A stretch of DNA of 64,000 nt from Armatimonadota bacterium. GTDB taxonomy: Bacteria > Armatimonadota > UBA5829 > DTLH01. Shown in pieces: positions 50,858 through 60,358 of the stretch. The notes under the pieces were generated by a model that saw nothing but the letters and a program-made list of their open reading frames with translations, was not told where the DNA came from and made no database searches. Each line of letters opens with the position of its first letter. The first letter of the stretch is position 1. The position numbers and the translations under genes were made by a program. The DNA is taken from positions 1 to 64,000 of the forward strand of contig JBDKSP010000089.1 in NCBI GenBank assembly GCA_039680575.1. Direction: 5' to 3'.

Positions 50858-51808
50858 ATGGATCAAGAAAACGTAATCCCAGTAGCGGACGATGTCGAGG
50901 TAACTGCGGAACTCAACACCGGTGAACTTGAAGCTGAGTGGGAAAAGCTCGCTGAACGCGCGAAACACATCCACCCAGTCATCAAAATGGGCGCCCGTAC
51001 GGACCTCGGGCGGGTTAGGGAGAATAACGAAGACAAATTCGATTTCTTCGAGCCCGAAGATGCCGGTCTGCTCGCCCAAAAGGGGTCGTATTACGCAGTC
51101 GCCGATGGTATGGGAGGACATGCAGCCGGTCAGATAGCAAGCGAGATGGCGCAGAAGACCGTCATAAAGTCTTATTACGCCGATCCGTCTCCCGATGTCC
51201 ATGGAAGCCTGATACGCGCCGTATTTGAAGCAAACAGCCTTATATTCGATGCAGCGCAGATGATCGTCGAGCGCTCCGGGATGGGAACTACCCTCACCGC
51301 GGTCATAATCCGGGGTGACACGGCCTATTTCGCACAGGTCGGCGACAGTAGAGGCTATCTGATCCGTAATGGCGCTATCAGACAGGTGACTGAAGACCAT
51401 TCCTGGGTCGCGGAACAGGTCAGGCGCGGCGCTATGTCCGAAGAGGAGGCTAAATATTCGCCGTTCAGGAACGTCATTACCCGATCACTCGGGAATCTGC
51501 CGACCGTAGATGCTGATATTTATGCTGAAGACCTTCAGCTGGGGGATATGATCGTCCTCTGCTCGGATGGGCTCTCGGGAAATCTGTCGGCTGATGATAT
51601 ACTGAACATAGTATCCGGCAAGAGTCCCTCACAGGCAGCCGTCGACCTGGTCGATGCAGCTAATGAAAGAGGCGGCTCGGACAATATAACCAACATAGTC
51701 CTTGCAATCAGGGATATAGTATATGAGGAGGGTCAGACTCCTCCAGAAAGAGAACTAAACGATCAGGAAACACCGCGAAAGCGAGGGTTTCTCGGGATTT
51801 TTAGATAA
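50858..51808 (+). CDS. PP2C/PPM Ser/Thr phosphatase (Stp1/PstP type)
   Basis: TDLGRVRENNED, VADGMGGH..G, VGDSR.Y, LCSDGL, GG.DNIT. Confidence 0.95.
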   Translation: MDQENVIPVADDVEVTAELNTGELEAEWEKLAERAKHIHPVIKMGARTDLGRVRENNEDKFDFFEPEDAGLLAQKGSYYAVADGMGGHAAGQIASEMAQKTVIKSYYADPSPDVHGSLIRAVFEANSLIFDAAQMIVERSGMGTTLTAVIIRGDTAYFAQVGDSRGYLIRNGAIRQVTEDHSWVAEQVRRGAMSEEEAKYSPFRNVITRSLGNLPTVDADIYAEDLQLGDMIVLCSDGLSGNLSADDILNIVSGKSPSQAAVDLVDAANERGGSDNITNIVLAIRDIVYEEGQTPPERELNDQETPRKRGFLGIFR

Positions 51809-51836
51809 ATTAGGATTGAATCCTGAATCCTAACCT

Positions 51837-53516
51837 ATGTCATCGACCAATACGCTTGGAAAATATGAAATATTAAGGGAGATTGCCAGGAGCAACGACA
51901 TCGTCTACGAGGCGATGGACCCGACACTGGGGCGGCACGTTGCGTTGAAAGAGTTGTACCTGCCCGGCAATCTCACGGGAGCGCAGAAACGCGAGCGGAT
52001 CGAACGTTTCCTGCGCGAAGGCAAGGCTGCTGCTCGTCTGGAACATCCAAACATCGTTACTGTCTATGATGTCGGACAGGAAGGCGACCGGTTTTACATC
52101 GCGATGGAACTCCTGGGGGGACAGACTCTTCGGGAAGTGATCCAGATGCGGGGCGCTCTTCCTGTCAAGGAAGCTGTCGATATCGCGCTTCAGCTCTGCA
52201 ACGCGCTTGCCTGGGCACATCAGAACAATGTAGTCCACCGGGACGTCAAGCCGGAAAACGTCCAGATACTCCCCGGCGGGCACGTTAAACTGACCGATTT
52301 CGGGATCGCGAGGATCATGTCCGAGCCGTCCATTACGGTCGATGGACAGGTCTTCGGCACTCCAAGCTATATGTCGCCGGAACAGGTGTCCGGAAAGCAG
52401 ATAGACGGCAGGTCCGATATTTTCGCGCTTGGTGTCGTGCTCTACGAGATGCTCGCCGGACAAAAACCATTTTCCGGGGATACGGTTGTCACCATCACCT
52501 ACAATATTATGAACTCGGAACCGGCGGCACCACCCGGCATGCCGCCTTACCTTGTCGGCATTGTGCGAAAAGCGATGGCCAAAGACCCGAATATGCGGTT
52601 CCAGACGATAGAGGAGATGGCAAATGAGCTGAAAAACGAGCCGCCGTACGGCGGTGTCCCTTATGCGGACCCGTTCGGTACAGCCGCTCCGCATAACACG
52701 GTCCCGCCGTACGGCGGACAGATGCCGGGGGGTTACAGTGCGCCTCCGACAACCTATGCGCCTCCGCCTTATGCACCCGGTCCATCGGCTGCGCCTGACC
52801 CGTTTGCTCATGTACCTCCGACACAGGCAGCGCCTCTCCCGGCGCCTATACCCAGAAGGCCGATGCTGTCCGCTGAGACTCGCGCATTTCTCGGCGCGCT
52901 GACGCTTACTATCGGTATAGTCGGGATGCTGTTCTTCGCAGCCTGGGCGGTGATAGAAGCCTATAGCGCCTATAGCGAGCGTACTACGACCGACATCGTG
53001 ACGAAGTACATAAACCAGGGTGACCGGCTGTTAAGAGACGGCAAAGCCGATGCGGCCATGACCCAATACGCAAACGCTCGAAGAGTCGCGGGCTCCACCA
53101 AAGCCGGCGCAAAAGCGCGGAGAAGGCTCGCCGAAGTCTATGTCCGGCTCGCGGGAGATGCGCTCAAAAACGGAGCGTATACAGTGGTAAAAAACAATGC
53201 AGTATTGGCGGTGGATGCCGACACGACATACTCCGGCGGACACTACTACCTTGGGCTGGCCTACCATTACATCCGGGATGAAGCTTATGACGCTGAACTC
53301 AGAAAAGCCATCGAAACGGGCGGCAACGATGATTTCGCTCAATCCGCCAGAAAGATGCTCTGCAGTTATTATATAGCTCAGGGTGATGCTCTTCGAAACG
53401 TGGGGAACAACGCGGGCGCTAAGGAATGGTACCAAAAGGTGCTCAACGACCAAATGCTCTATGACCCTGAGATCGAACAGCAGGTGCAGGACCGGTTGCT
53501 TTCGGTGAGCCAGTGA
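51837..53516 (+). CDS. Hanks-type Ser/Thr kinase with Pro-rich linker, TM and TPR-like tail
   Basis: VALK, HRDVKPEN, DFG, GTPSYMSPE, SDIFALG. Confidence 0.94.
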   Translation: MSSTNTLGKYEILREIARSNDIVYEAMDPTLGRHVALKELYLPGNLTGAQKRERIERFLREGKAAARLEHPNIVTVYDVGQEGDRFYIAMELLGGQTLREVIQMRGALPVKEAVDIALQLCNALAWAHQNNVVHRDVKPENVQILPGGHVKLTDFGIARIMSEPSITVDGQVFGTPSYMSPEQVSGKQIDGRSDIFALGVVLYEMLAGQKPFSGDTVVTITYNIMNSEPAAPPGMPPYLVGIVRKAMAKDPNMRFQTIEEMANELKNEPPYGGVPYADPFGTAAPHNTVPPYGGQMPGGYSAPPTTYAPPPYAPGPSAAPDPFAHVPPTQAAPLPAPIPRRPMLSAETRAFLGALTLTIGIVGMLFFAAWAVIEAYSAYSERTTTDIVTKYINQGDRLLRDGKADAAMTQYANARRVAGSTKAGAKARRRLAEVYVRLAGDALKNGAYTVVKNNAVLAVDADTTYSGGHYYLGLAYHYIRDEAYDAELRKAIETGGNDDFAQSARKMLCSYYIAQGDALRNVGNNAGAKEWYQKVLNDQMLYDPEIEQQVQDRLLSVSQ

Positions 53517-53551
53517 GCTTGTTGCTGAAAGCTGATGGCTGATTGCTAACA

Positions 53552-53579
53552 GGTTTCGACATAAAGCGGTGCCGGGTAA
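53552..53579 (+). promoter_or_regulatory. SigB/SigF-like promoter GGTTT-N17-GGGTAA
   Basis: Motif upstream of the PRC-barrel gene; similar motifs before the BON and DoxX genes. Confidence 0.4.
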
Positions 53580-53634
53580 GCAAAGTTAAAAGAAGCGGGT
53601 CCGGGCGCATATACCCCGGCAGGAGAGGACAATT

Positions 53635-54033
53635 GTGGAAATGCAAGGTGAAAACAAAACAAGCGGGCAGCTTGTCAGGCTGAGACAGATCGATTACGAG
53701 ACTGAACCCGGGCAGCCCGACCTGCTGGGTTGGGAAGTAGCCGATTCGGACAACAACCTGATCGGAAAACTTGACGATATGCTGGTTGATACAGACACCG
53801 GAGAGATCCTGTTTGGTTCAGTGTGTTATAACGACAGATGCATAGTAGTGCCGCTTGAGCTGATGTTTATGGATGAAGCAAATAAACAGCTTGTCCTGCC
53901 CGTCAGTGTGGATGAACTGGTAGATGCCCCGGAATTCACAGAAGAAACAGAAGACATGCAGCCGCATATAAGATTCTGGACGCAACTGGTCTCCGACTGG
54001 GAAGAAGAACCGGTCGAAGACGAGGAATCCTGA
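53635..54033 (+). CDS. PRC-barrel domain protein
   Basis: DLLGWEV.D.D...IGK.DD.LVD..TG.I, VP, DAPEF. Confidence 0.85.
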   Translation: MEMQGENKTSGQLVRLRQIDYETEPGQPDLLGWEVADSDNNLIGKLDDMLVDTDTGEILFGSVCYNDRCIVVPLELMFMDEANKQLVLPVSVDELVDAPEFTEETEDMQPHIRFWTQLVSDWEEEPVEDEES

Positions 54034-54064
54034 ACCCCGGATGGACGGTCCGGTTCAGTCCATT

Positions 54065-56329
54065 TTATCTATGAGTGGGTGAAACCAGTGCATTAAAATA
54101 CCCTTCCACTCTTACAGGCGAACCGGCTTCCGGCAGCCATAAGTAGATAGCCTCCGGCGATTCCAGATGATAATTGATGCCGTCCGGTTCAGCCTGCCAG
54201 TTTATTATGATGACTCCGTTTCTGCCTGGCATGGGGACGCTGCCTTCGGCTTTTTCCAGATTACCTGGTGAGAACGTCAACTGGTAATGATACTGCCCAA
54301 GGTCGAATCGCGGCACAAGGCCGAGCAGGTATCTTGAGATCTGCCAGGTGGGGCAGGCTGACCACTGGTGGCAGCGGCTCCATCGAAGGTCGAAAACTTC
54401 CGGCCAGGTCGTGCTTCCGGTCTCCAGCATCCAGCCCCAGCATTTCCGATAGATATCCAGCGCAAAGTCCATCTCACTTCGCTCGATCAGAACAGGCATC
54501 GCGAAGTGGAAAAAGTAAGGTGTGATGATCTGTGTGTCTCTTACGCTGGGGCTGCTCAGGCGGGGGGTATCGGCTTTGTTCGGGAAGCAGCCGAGGATGT
54601 GTTTTTTGATGAATTCAAGGCACTCCCCCTCATCTTTACCGTCGAAATACCCGAGTTTCAACCCCAACACCGCTCGATGGTAGCCAATTGACTCCCAGTC
54701 CTCCTGACCGGCAAACCAGCGAGCTATAGCGACACTAAGTTTCCGGTCCAGTGACGCATAATGCTGAGCGCGGTCATCGAAACCCAAAACTTCGCACCAC
54801 TTTGTCATATCGCGAAGAGAAGCCAGGTAGTGCATATTGAGCGCGATGTCCACCGGACCTTGGTTTCTTACGTATCCCCAGTCGATGAACCCCCAGCCTA
54901 CCTCGTCGATTACGCCGTCATCCGATGTATACTTTTGGAACGCTTCGATGTTTTTTTCGGCGGCTGTGAAGAGATCGACAAGTATGGAACGGTCTCCCGT
55001 CAGCTTCCAATAATGCACGCATGCGCTGACCCACTGAGCCGCATACGAGGCTACATATACGCCTCCGCCCGGACACAGCCCCGAAACAAGCCCATCTTTC
55101 CGCGCGCACTGGGCAAACTGGGTCAAAGCGCGTTTGAAAAGCCTGAGGTCGGAGTATCCTGCTGCGGCGACATCCAAGCCGACGGAGACCACATCCCCCG
55201 CCCACTGCCCGCGCTCCCTGGTCGGGTTATCGACGAGGGAATCCTCGGCGCAGGCTCTCAAAGTATCGATCCCTACCGTCCAGATGCGGTTCAGTATAGG
55301 GTCACTGCTCCTGAAAGCCCCTTCCGGCGCTCCATAATAGCACCGCTCAAGGAACTCTTCCTTTATAAACGGACCGGATTGGGCAGGTTTGCAGCCGTGT
55401 GGATAGATAATATGCACTTCGACGTAACGGCCGCCCTTTGGTGTAAGCGGAAAGAACTCCTGCACTCCGCCACGCGCTGTGTAATGGTCAAAATTGCACG
55501 AATCCCCTGCAGAGAGTGTAATCCACGGCGAAACCCGGCCATGCATCAGGTATTCGCTCCAGGCTAACTCCACCTGCGTTCCGGCGGGCAGGTCCAGCGT
55601 AAAACGGGGACGGCAGAGCATAATCCGGCCAAGATCGTACCTGCGCCAGACTCCCTGAGCCTCATGTTCGCCGGACTGAAGGTCACGGAGGAAGAACCTG
55701 GCTGCGATGTTGTCCATCTCATAGCCATAGCCCTCAGCCAGAAACCCTTCCGCGGCTGGTCCGGGCATACTGTGAACAGATGGAAGGACTGTGGCAGTCT
55801 CAAGCGGTTCGATATGTCCAAGATCGCGCTCGACAAGCTCCGGGGAAGGCCACCCGGAATCGTCATAATCAGCCGACTGCCAGTTTTCGGGGACTTTGCG
55901 CGTATCGCACCACTCGATCCAACCAAGCTGCGGGTTTATCCGCTTGACCCGCGGCTCGTAGCCGTCAAGAAGAGCGCATTTCCATTCCACCTGGACTTCG
56001 CCCCCGTTTTGATGGATTTCGCAGTATAGAAACGGCGGAATATCCGCCAACATACGGGTTTCGACGCCTTCGTGGTGCACCTGAAACGCAATTATGTGCC
56101 TGCCTGCTGAAAGCTTGTGCCTGGTGGACTGGTACTGCGGATGATCTCTGAAAAATCTCGCTGGACCATCGGTGATGTACTCGCCGTCCAGCCAACAGCC
56201 GTACCACGACGCGCCGAGCGTCCTCAGTTCGATCTCTGCGTCAGTGTTTAATTCGAACTGCCCCCTGAAAGCAACATATGAGTCCGCTTCACATGCTTTC
56301 GGGTTGGCTGGCCACATAAACTTGTTCAT
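54065..56329 (-). CDS. Alpha-L-rhamnosidase-like GH78 glycoside hydrolase
   Basis: LNRIW..G..TL, DNPTRERGQWAGD, FIDW, G.TTW.E, S.CH.WS..P. Confidence 0.85.
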   Translation of the reverse strand: MNKFMWPANPKACEADSYVAFRGQFELNTDAEIELRTLGASWYGCWLDGEYITDGPARFFRDHPQYQSTRHKLSAGRHIIAFQVHHEGVETRMLADIPPFLYCEIHQNGGEVQVEWKCALLDGYEPRVKRINPQLGWIEWCDTRKVPENWQSADYDDSGWPSPELVERDLGHIEPLETATVLPSVHSMPGPAAEGFLAEGYGYEMDNIAARFFLRDLQSGEHEAQGVWRRYDLGRIMLCRPRFTLDLPAGTQVELAWSEYLMHGRVSPWITLSAGDSCNFDHYTARGGVQEFFPLTPKGGRYVEVHIIYPHGCKPAQSGPFIKEEFLERCYYGAPEGAFRSSDPILNRIWTVGIDTLRACAEDSLVDNPTRERGQWAGDVVSVGLDVAAAGYSDLRLFKRALTQFAQCARKDGLVSGLCPGGGVYVASYAAQWVSACVHYWKLTGDRSILVDLFTAAEKNIEAFQKYTSDDGVIDEVGWGFIDWGYVRNQGPVDIALNMHYLASLRDMTKWCEVLGFDDRAQHYASLDRKLSVAIARWFAGQEDWESIGYHRAVLGLKLGYFDGKDEGECLEFIKKHILGCFPNKADTPRLSSPSVRDTQIITPYFFHFAMPVLIERSEMDFALDIYRKCWGWMLETGSTTWPEVFDLRWSRCHQWSACPTWQISRYLLGLVPRFDLGQYHYQLTFSPGNLEKAEGSVPMPGRNGVIIINWQAEPDGINYHLESPEAIYLWLPEAGSPVRVEGYFNALVSPTHR

Positions 56330-56447
56330 CGATTACCTCTGTCAGATATTACACTCCTCGCTACCCGTTATTTTAGCACATCGGTTGTTTCGGTGGGGCG
56401 TTTCCTCTACTATACCCTCCGTGTTATAATACGGCCTAAGGTGCTTT

Positions 56448-57272
56448 ATGGAAGTCGGCGCGTTCTCCATTACTCTTGTGCTTGCTCTGGCGGCTGGGCT
56501 TATAGGCGGTATGCTCGGACTGGGCGGTGGGATTATCCTCGTTCCGGGACTCACTCTCTTGCTCGGGTATGATGTCAAAGTGGCGGCGGCGGCAAGCCTT
56601 GTGACCGTGATAGCGACATCCACGGCGTCAGCGACGGTCTATGTGTCCCAGCGCCTTACGAACATCCGGCTTGGGATGCTGCTTGAGATCGCCACTACGC
56701 TTGGCGCGCTTGTCGGCGGGGTTATCGCGGTCTACATCAGTGGGAAGTATCTCTTTTTCATATTCGCTGCTGTACTTATATACGCAGGTACAAATATGCT
56801 GCGAGTTCAAAGGAGCCGGTCTGAGCCATCTTCAGATGAGCCGCTTTCTGCATTAGACAGCAGTTACACCGACCCCATGAGCGGCAAAATTGTCGATTAC
56901 CGTGTGAAGAATGTCCCGGCGGGAATGGCAGGCAGCCTCATCGCGGGAATTATGTCCGGGATGCTCGGGATCGGCGGAGGCATCATCAAGGTTCCGCTGA
57001 TGAACCTGATCATGCGCATCCCCATGAGGGCTGCAATCGCCACCAGCAACTTTATGATCGGAGTCACAGCCGCAGCCGGAGCGCTGGTCTTCTGGGTAAA
57101 CGGCAAAGTCGATCCGGCTGTTGCCGCTCCATGCGTCATAGGAGTGCTGATCGGCGCCAGACTGGGCACCAGAGTCGGCAGCAGAGTTCCATCACGCGCG
57201 CTCAAGATCGGGTTCGCCATATTCGTGGTAATCACGGCGGCGCAGATGATACAGAAAGGCTTTTCGCTATGA
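56448..57272 (+). CDS. TauE/SafE (TSUP) family membrane transporter
   Basis: G..GLGGG...VP, GMLGIGGG..KVP, ATSNFMIGVTAA. Confidence 0.9.
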   Translation: MEVGAFSITLVLALAAGLIGGMLGLGGGIILVPGLTLLLGYDVKVAAAASLVTVIATSTASATVYVSQRLTNIRLGMLLEIATTLGALVGGVIAVYISGKYLFFIFAAVLIYAGTNMLRVQRSRSEPSSDEPLSALDSSYTDPMSGKIVDYRVKNVPAGMAGSLIAGIMSGMLGIGGGIIKVPLMNLIMRIPMRAAIATSNFMIGVTAAAGALVFWVNGKVDPAVAAPCVIGVLIGARLGTRVGSRVPSRALKIGFAIFVVITAAQMIQKGFSL

Positions 57273-57601
57273 GAGCAGACGTCAACAGATATGTGGAAGT
57301 CGTGCTGACCACCGGAGTTATCCTGAGTCTGGTCATTCTGGCATTCGGATCGATCCTGCTTATGGTAAAACCTGTGCCGGTGGGAGTCCCGGGGTCTGTT
57401 ATGGACATCTTGAGAGGTGTCATACGGCTGAATCCGTCCGCGATAATCAATCTGGGGCTTCTGGTGCTGCTGTTAACACCTGTTGTGCGGGTCATCGCCG
57501 CAATGCTCGCCTTCTTTGCGGAAAAAGACAGGAAATTCGGACTCGTCTCGCTTACAGTGCTCGTTATTCTGGCTGTCTCCGCCCTGGTGGGCAAACTTTA
57601 G
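57269..57601 (+). CDS. DUF1634-like membrane protein
   Basis: GL..LL.TPV.RV; overlaps the TSUP stop (ATGA), usual partner gene. Confidence 0.82.
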   Translation: MRADVNRYVEVVLTTGVILSLVILAFGSILLMVKPVPVGVPGSVMDILRGVIRLNPSAIINLGLLVLLLTPVVRVIAAMLAFFAEKDRKFGLVSLTVLVILAVSALVGKL

Positions 57602-57655
57602 CAGGAATTTATGCATTTGGAAGCTAAGAAAAGCACAAGGAAAGGATATTTTTGT

Positions 57656-58234
57656 ATGAAACTGACTTCAATCAGCGCGGTCAAGACGCGCGTCAACACT
57701 AAGAGCATTCTCCTCGTATTCGGATTTGCGCTTCTTTCGGCTGTAGCTGCAAGAACGAAATTTTGCCTGCCGTATATACTCATCCCGATAACACTTCAGA
57801 CGATGGTCGCAGCCCTCGCCGGAATGATACTCGGCAAGAAGCTGGGAGCGCTCAGCCAGGCTCAGTATCTCGTAATGGGGCTTGCGGGAGCGCCTATATT
57901 TACGTATCCTCCGTTCGGCGGACCGGCGATGCTTTTATCTCCGACCTTCGGCTACATCCCCGGCTTCATACTCGGAGCTTATGTGGCAGGTCTGGCCTGG
58001 GAAAAACTTGGGCGAAGGGGCATGAAAAGTGCGATCATCTCCGCAACACTCGGCATAGCATCTATCTATACAATCGGAGTGCCGTGGTTTGCGGGCTATC
58101 TGTTGGTAACTACAGGCCAGCCTGCATCAGTATGCGTAACCCAGGCGTGGCTCACAGGGCTTGCGCCGTTCGTCGGAGTTGAGGTCTTCAAAGTCTGCAC
58201 CGCTGCGGCTATTGCTTCGAAATCAAGGATATAG
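57656..58234 (+). CDS. bioY: Biotin transporter S component
   Basis: PITLQT, YL..G..G.P.F, PTFGY..GF, Y..G..W. Confidence 0.9.
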   Translation: MKLTSISAVKTRVNTKSILLVFGFALLSAVAARTKFCLPYILIPITLQTMVAALAGMILGKKLGALSQAQYLVMGLAGAPIFTYPPFGGPAMLLSPTFGYIPGFILGAYVAGLAWEKLGRRGMKSAIISATLGIASIYTIGVPWFAGYLLVTTGQPASVCVTQAWLTGLAPFVGVEVFKVCTAAAIASKSRI

Positions 58235-58261
58235 GATTTCGGAAAAATAGTGGAAACTTGA

Positions 58262-58374
58262 TAGGCCGGGGGTTCAAAGCCCCGGCCTTTGTTTCACGGG
58301 CATCCATGCCCGCTACTACTCATGGGACATGGATGTCCAAAAGAAAAAAGACCTGGGCATGGATCCCCAGGTCC
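58262..58374. terminator. Terminator-like hairpin plus REP-like palindromes between convergent genes
   Basis: AGGCCGGGG..CCCCGGCCT TTGTTT; GGGCATCCATGCCC; GACCTGGG..CCCAGGTC. Confidence 0.55.
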
Positions 58375-58404
58375 ATCGATTCAACCGAATCAGCCAACGG
58401 CTAA

Positions 58405-59190
58405 TTATTTCATCTCTTGTCCGCCGGTGACGTTTATCGCCTGGCCGGTCATATAATTCGCTTCTTCTGATGCCAGAAATACGACCACGTTGGCAATGTC
58501 ATCATATGTGCATCCACGTCCAAGCGGTACCTGGTCGAGATATTTCTGCCGCACCTTTTCGACAGTCGTATTGAAGCGCTTTGCATACTGCTCATAGAGG
58601 CTGTCGACCCATAGCGGCGAGTCAAGCAGGTTGCCGGGGCAAACAGAGTTGACTCTCACTCCATACGGTGCAAGTTCCATCGCCAGACTCTGGGTAAGCC
58701 CGATCCCTCCGAACTTGCTTGCGGCGTATGCGGAGTTCCTGAAGCTGCCTTTCTTGCCGGACTTGGAGTTGATCTGGACGATAGCGCCGCTCTTCTGCTC
58801 GACCATGATCTTCGCGGCCTCGCGCGAACAGATAAAGTAACCGACCAGGTTGACGTCTATAACTTTCCGCCACTTGGCTACATCGAACTCGGTCACTTCA
58901 CCGGATATGAGTATCCCCGCATTGGATACAAGTATATCCAGCCGCCCGAAGGTGTCAATAATACTCTTGAATCCTGCAGCAGCGCTGCCTTCATCAGTGA
59001 CATCCATCTTGATACCGAGCGATTTGATACCGTATTCTTTTGCCAGTCTCTCTGCTTCGGCTACCGCCCCGCTTTCGTTTATATCGCAGACAATAACATG
59101 AGCGCCTTCCTTAGCAAGACGCTCCGATAATGCCTGTCCAAGACCCTGTGCGCCGCCCGTCACCAGGGCGACCTTATCCGCTAATCGCAT
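58405..59190 (-). CDS. srlD: Sorbitol-6-phosphate dehydrogenase-like SDR
   Basis: TGGAQGLG, QINSKSGKKGS..NSAYAASKFGG, GNLLDSP, TGQAINVTGGQ. Confidence 0.8.
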   Translation of the reverse strand: MRLADKVALVTGGAQGLGQALSERLAKEGAHVIVCDINESGAVAEAERLAKEYGIKSLGIKMDVTDEGSAAAGFKSIIDTFGRLDILVSNAGILISGEVTEFDVAKWRKVIDVNLVGYFICSREAAKIMVEQKSGAIVQINSKSGKKGSFRNSAYAASKFGGIGLTQSLAMELAPYGVRVNSVCPGNLLDSPLWVDSLYEQYAKRFNTTVEKVRQKYLDQVPLGRGCTYDDIANVVVFLASEEANYMTGQAINVTGGQEMK

Positions 59191-59213
59191 AATACCTCCA
59201 TTTTTGGTTCCTG

Positions 59214-59675
59214 TTACTCCCTACCTGCCTCGGCTCTCCGGCGCTCGCGATCGATGTCACGTTCTGCGATGGACTGCCGTTTGTCATAGAGCTTCTTTCC
59301 CCGCCCTATGCCTATCTGCATCTTGGCAAAACCCCGGTCGAAGTAAATCTTCAGAGGAATGATCGTAAGCCCCTTCTGCTCCGACTTTGCCTTAAGCTGA
59401 CGAATTTCGTCCTTCCTGAGCAGAAGTTTTCTCTTACGCTTCGAATCCACAGTCCAGCGGTTGGCGAACTCGTAGGGCGCGATGTACATATTGTGCACCC
59501 AGGTTTCACCGTTTTCGATGCGGCAGAAGCTGTCCTGCAGGTTGACCTTACCGGAGCGGATCGATTTGACCTCGGTACCGACAAGTGCAATCCCGGCTTC
59601 GTAGGTTTCTTCTATCGTATATTCATGCCAAGCCTTACGGTTGGCTATACTGACGTTTTTATGTGTCTTCTCCAT
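59214..59675 (-). CDS. smpB: SsrA-binding protein
   Basis: NRKA..EY, EAGI.L.GTEVKS.R, RKLLL, GKKLYDKR. Confidence 0.97.
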   Translation of the reverse strand: MEKTHKNVSIANRKAWHEYTIEETYEAGIALVGTEVKSIRSGKVNLQDSFCRIENGETWVHNMYIAPYEFANRWTVDSKRKRKLLLRKDEIRQLKAKSEQKGLTIIPLKIYFDRGFAKMQIGIGRGKKLYDKRQSIAERDIDRERRRAEAGRE

Positions 59676-59797
59676 AACAACGATATTATAGCAGCTTTCA
59701 GCCTATGGCTGCCTTATTCTTTTGTTTTTGCCAAACCATCTTTGATGATTCACCGATGCATATGGTAAAATATAGTGTAATTGCTCAGTTGTTGTAG

Positions 59798-60277
59798 GTG
59801 GTCAAACCGGTGAACTGCACTCAAGAAACAAAAACAAACAAGGAATCTACAATAACGTTTTCTTCTGTTTTCGTTGAACAGACGGACTCCATTATAACGC
59901 AGATAATCAGATTCGGTATGGTAGGCGCAGTGTCAACAACTGCCGACGCCTCGCTTCTATTTACACTCACGCATTACTTGGGATTATCTTACTTGATTTC
60001 TGCAGCTTTCGGTTTTACCTTGGGCATCATCATCTGCTACGTCATAAGTATCAACTGGGTTTTTGCTTCGCGTTCACTAGACAGCCGCCATATTGAGTTC
60101 CTGGCATTCTTCGTGATAGGTATAATCGGGTTTGCTTTGACGGAACTCATACTGTATACGAGCGTGGAGGCACTGCATTTACACTATATGGCAGGAAAGG
60201 CTATCGCCGTTGTTCTTGTTTTTGCCTGGAACTATGGTGCACGGCGCGTATTACTGTTCAATAAAAGCGCAAATTGA
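59798..60277 (+). CDS. GtrA family membrane protein
   Basis: RFGMVG, NWVF, 4 TMs, WNY. Confidence 0.88.
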   Translation: MVKPVNCTQETKTNKESTITFSSVFVEQTDSIITQIIRFGMVGAVSTTADASLLFTLTHYLGLSYLISAAFGFTLGIIICYVISINWVFASRSLDSRHIEFLAFFVIGIIGFALTELILYTSVEALHLHYMAGKAIAVVLVFAWNYGARRVLLFNKSAN

Positions 60278-60358
60278 GTATTACCTTCCGCGTTTCCCCT
60301 TATTCCGCGTCTCCGCGGTTCAAAAGCTGACTGCTGAAAGCTGATAGCTACTCGTTCT

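Noticed and set aside
44676..53516. Type VI/VII secretion regulatory cluster
   Set aside because: No Tss/Hcp/VgrG or EssC/WXG100 genes in the window
58262..58290. tRNA fragment (GGTTCAAA) or tmRNA near smpB
   Set aside because: Simple GC hairpin with a T-tract; no cloverleaf or tmRNA ends found
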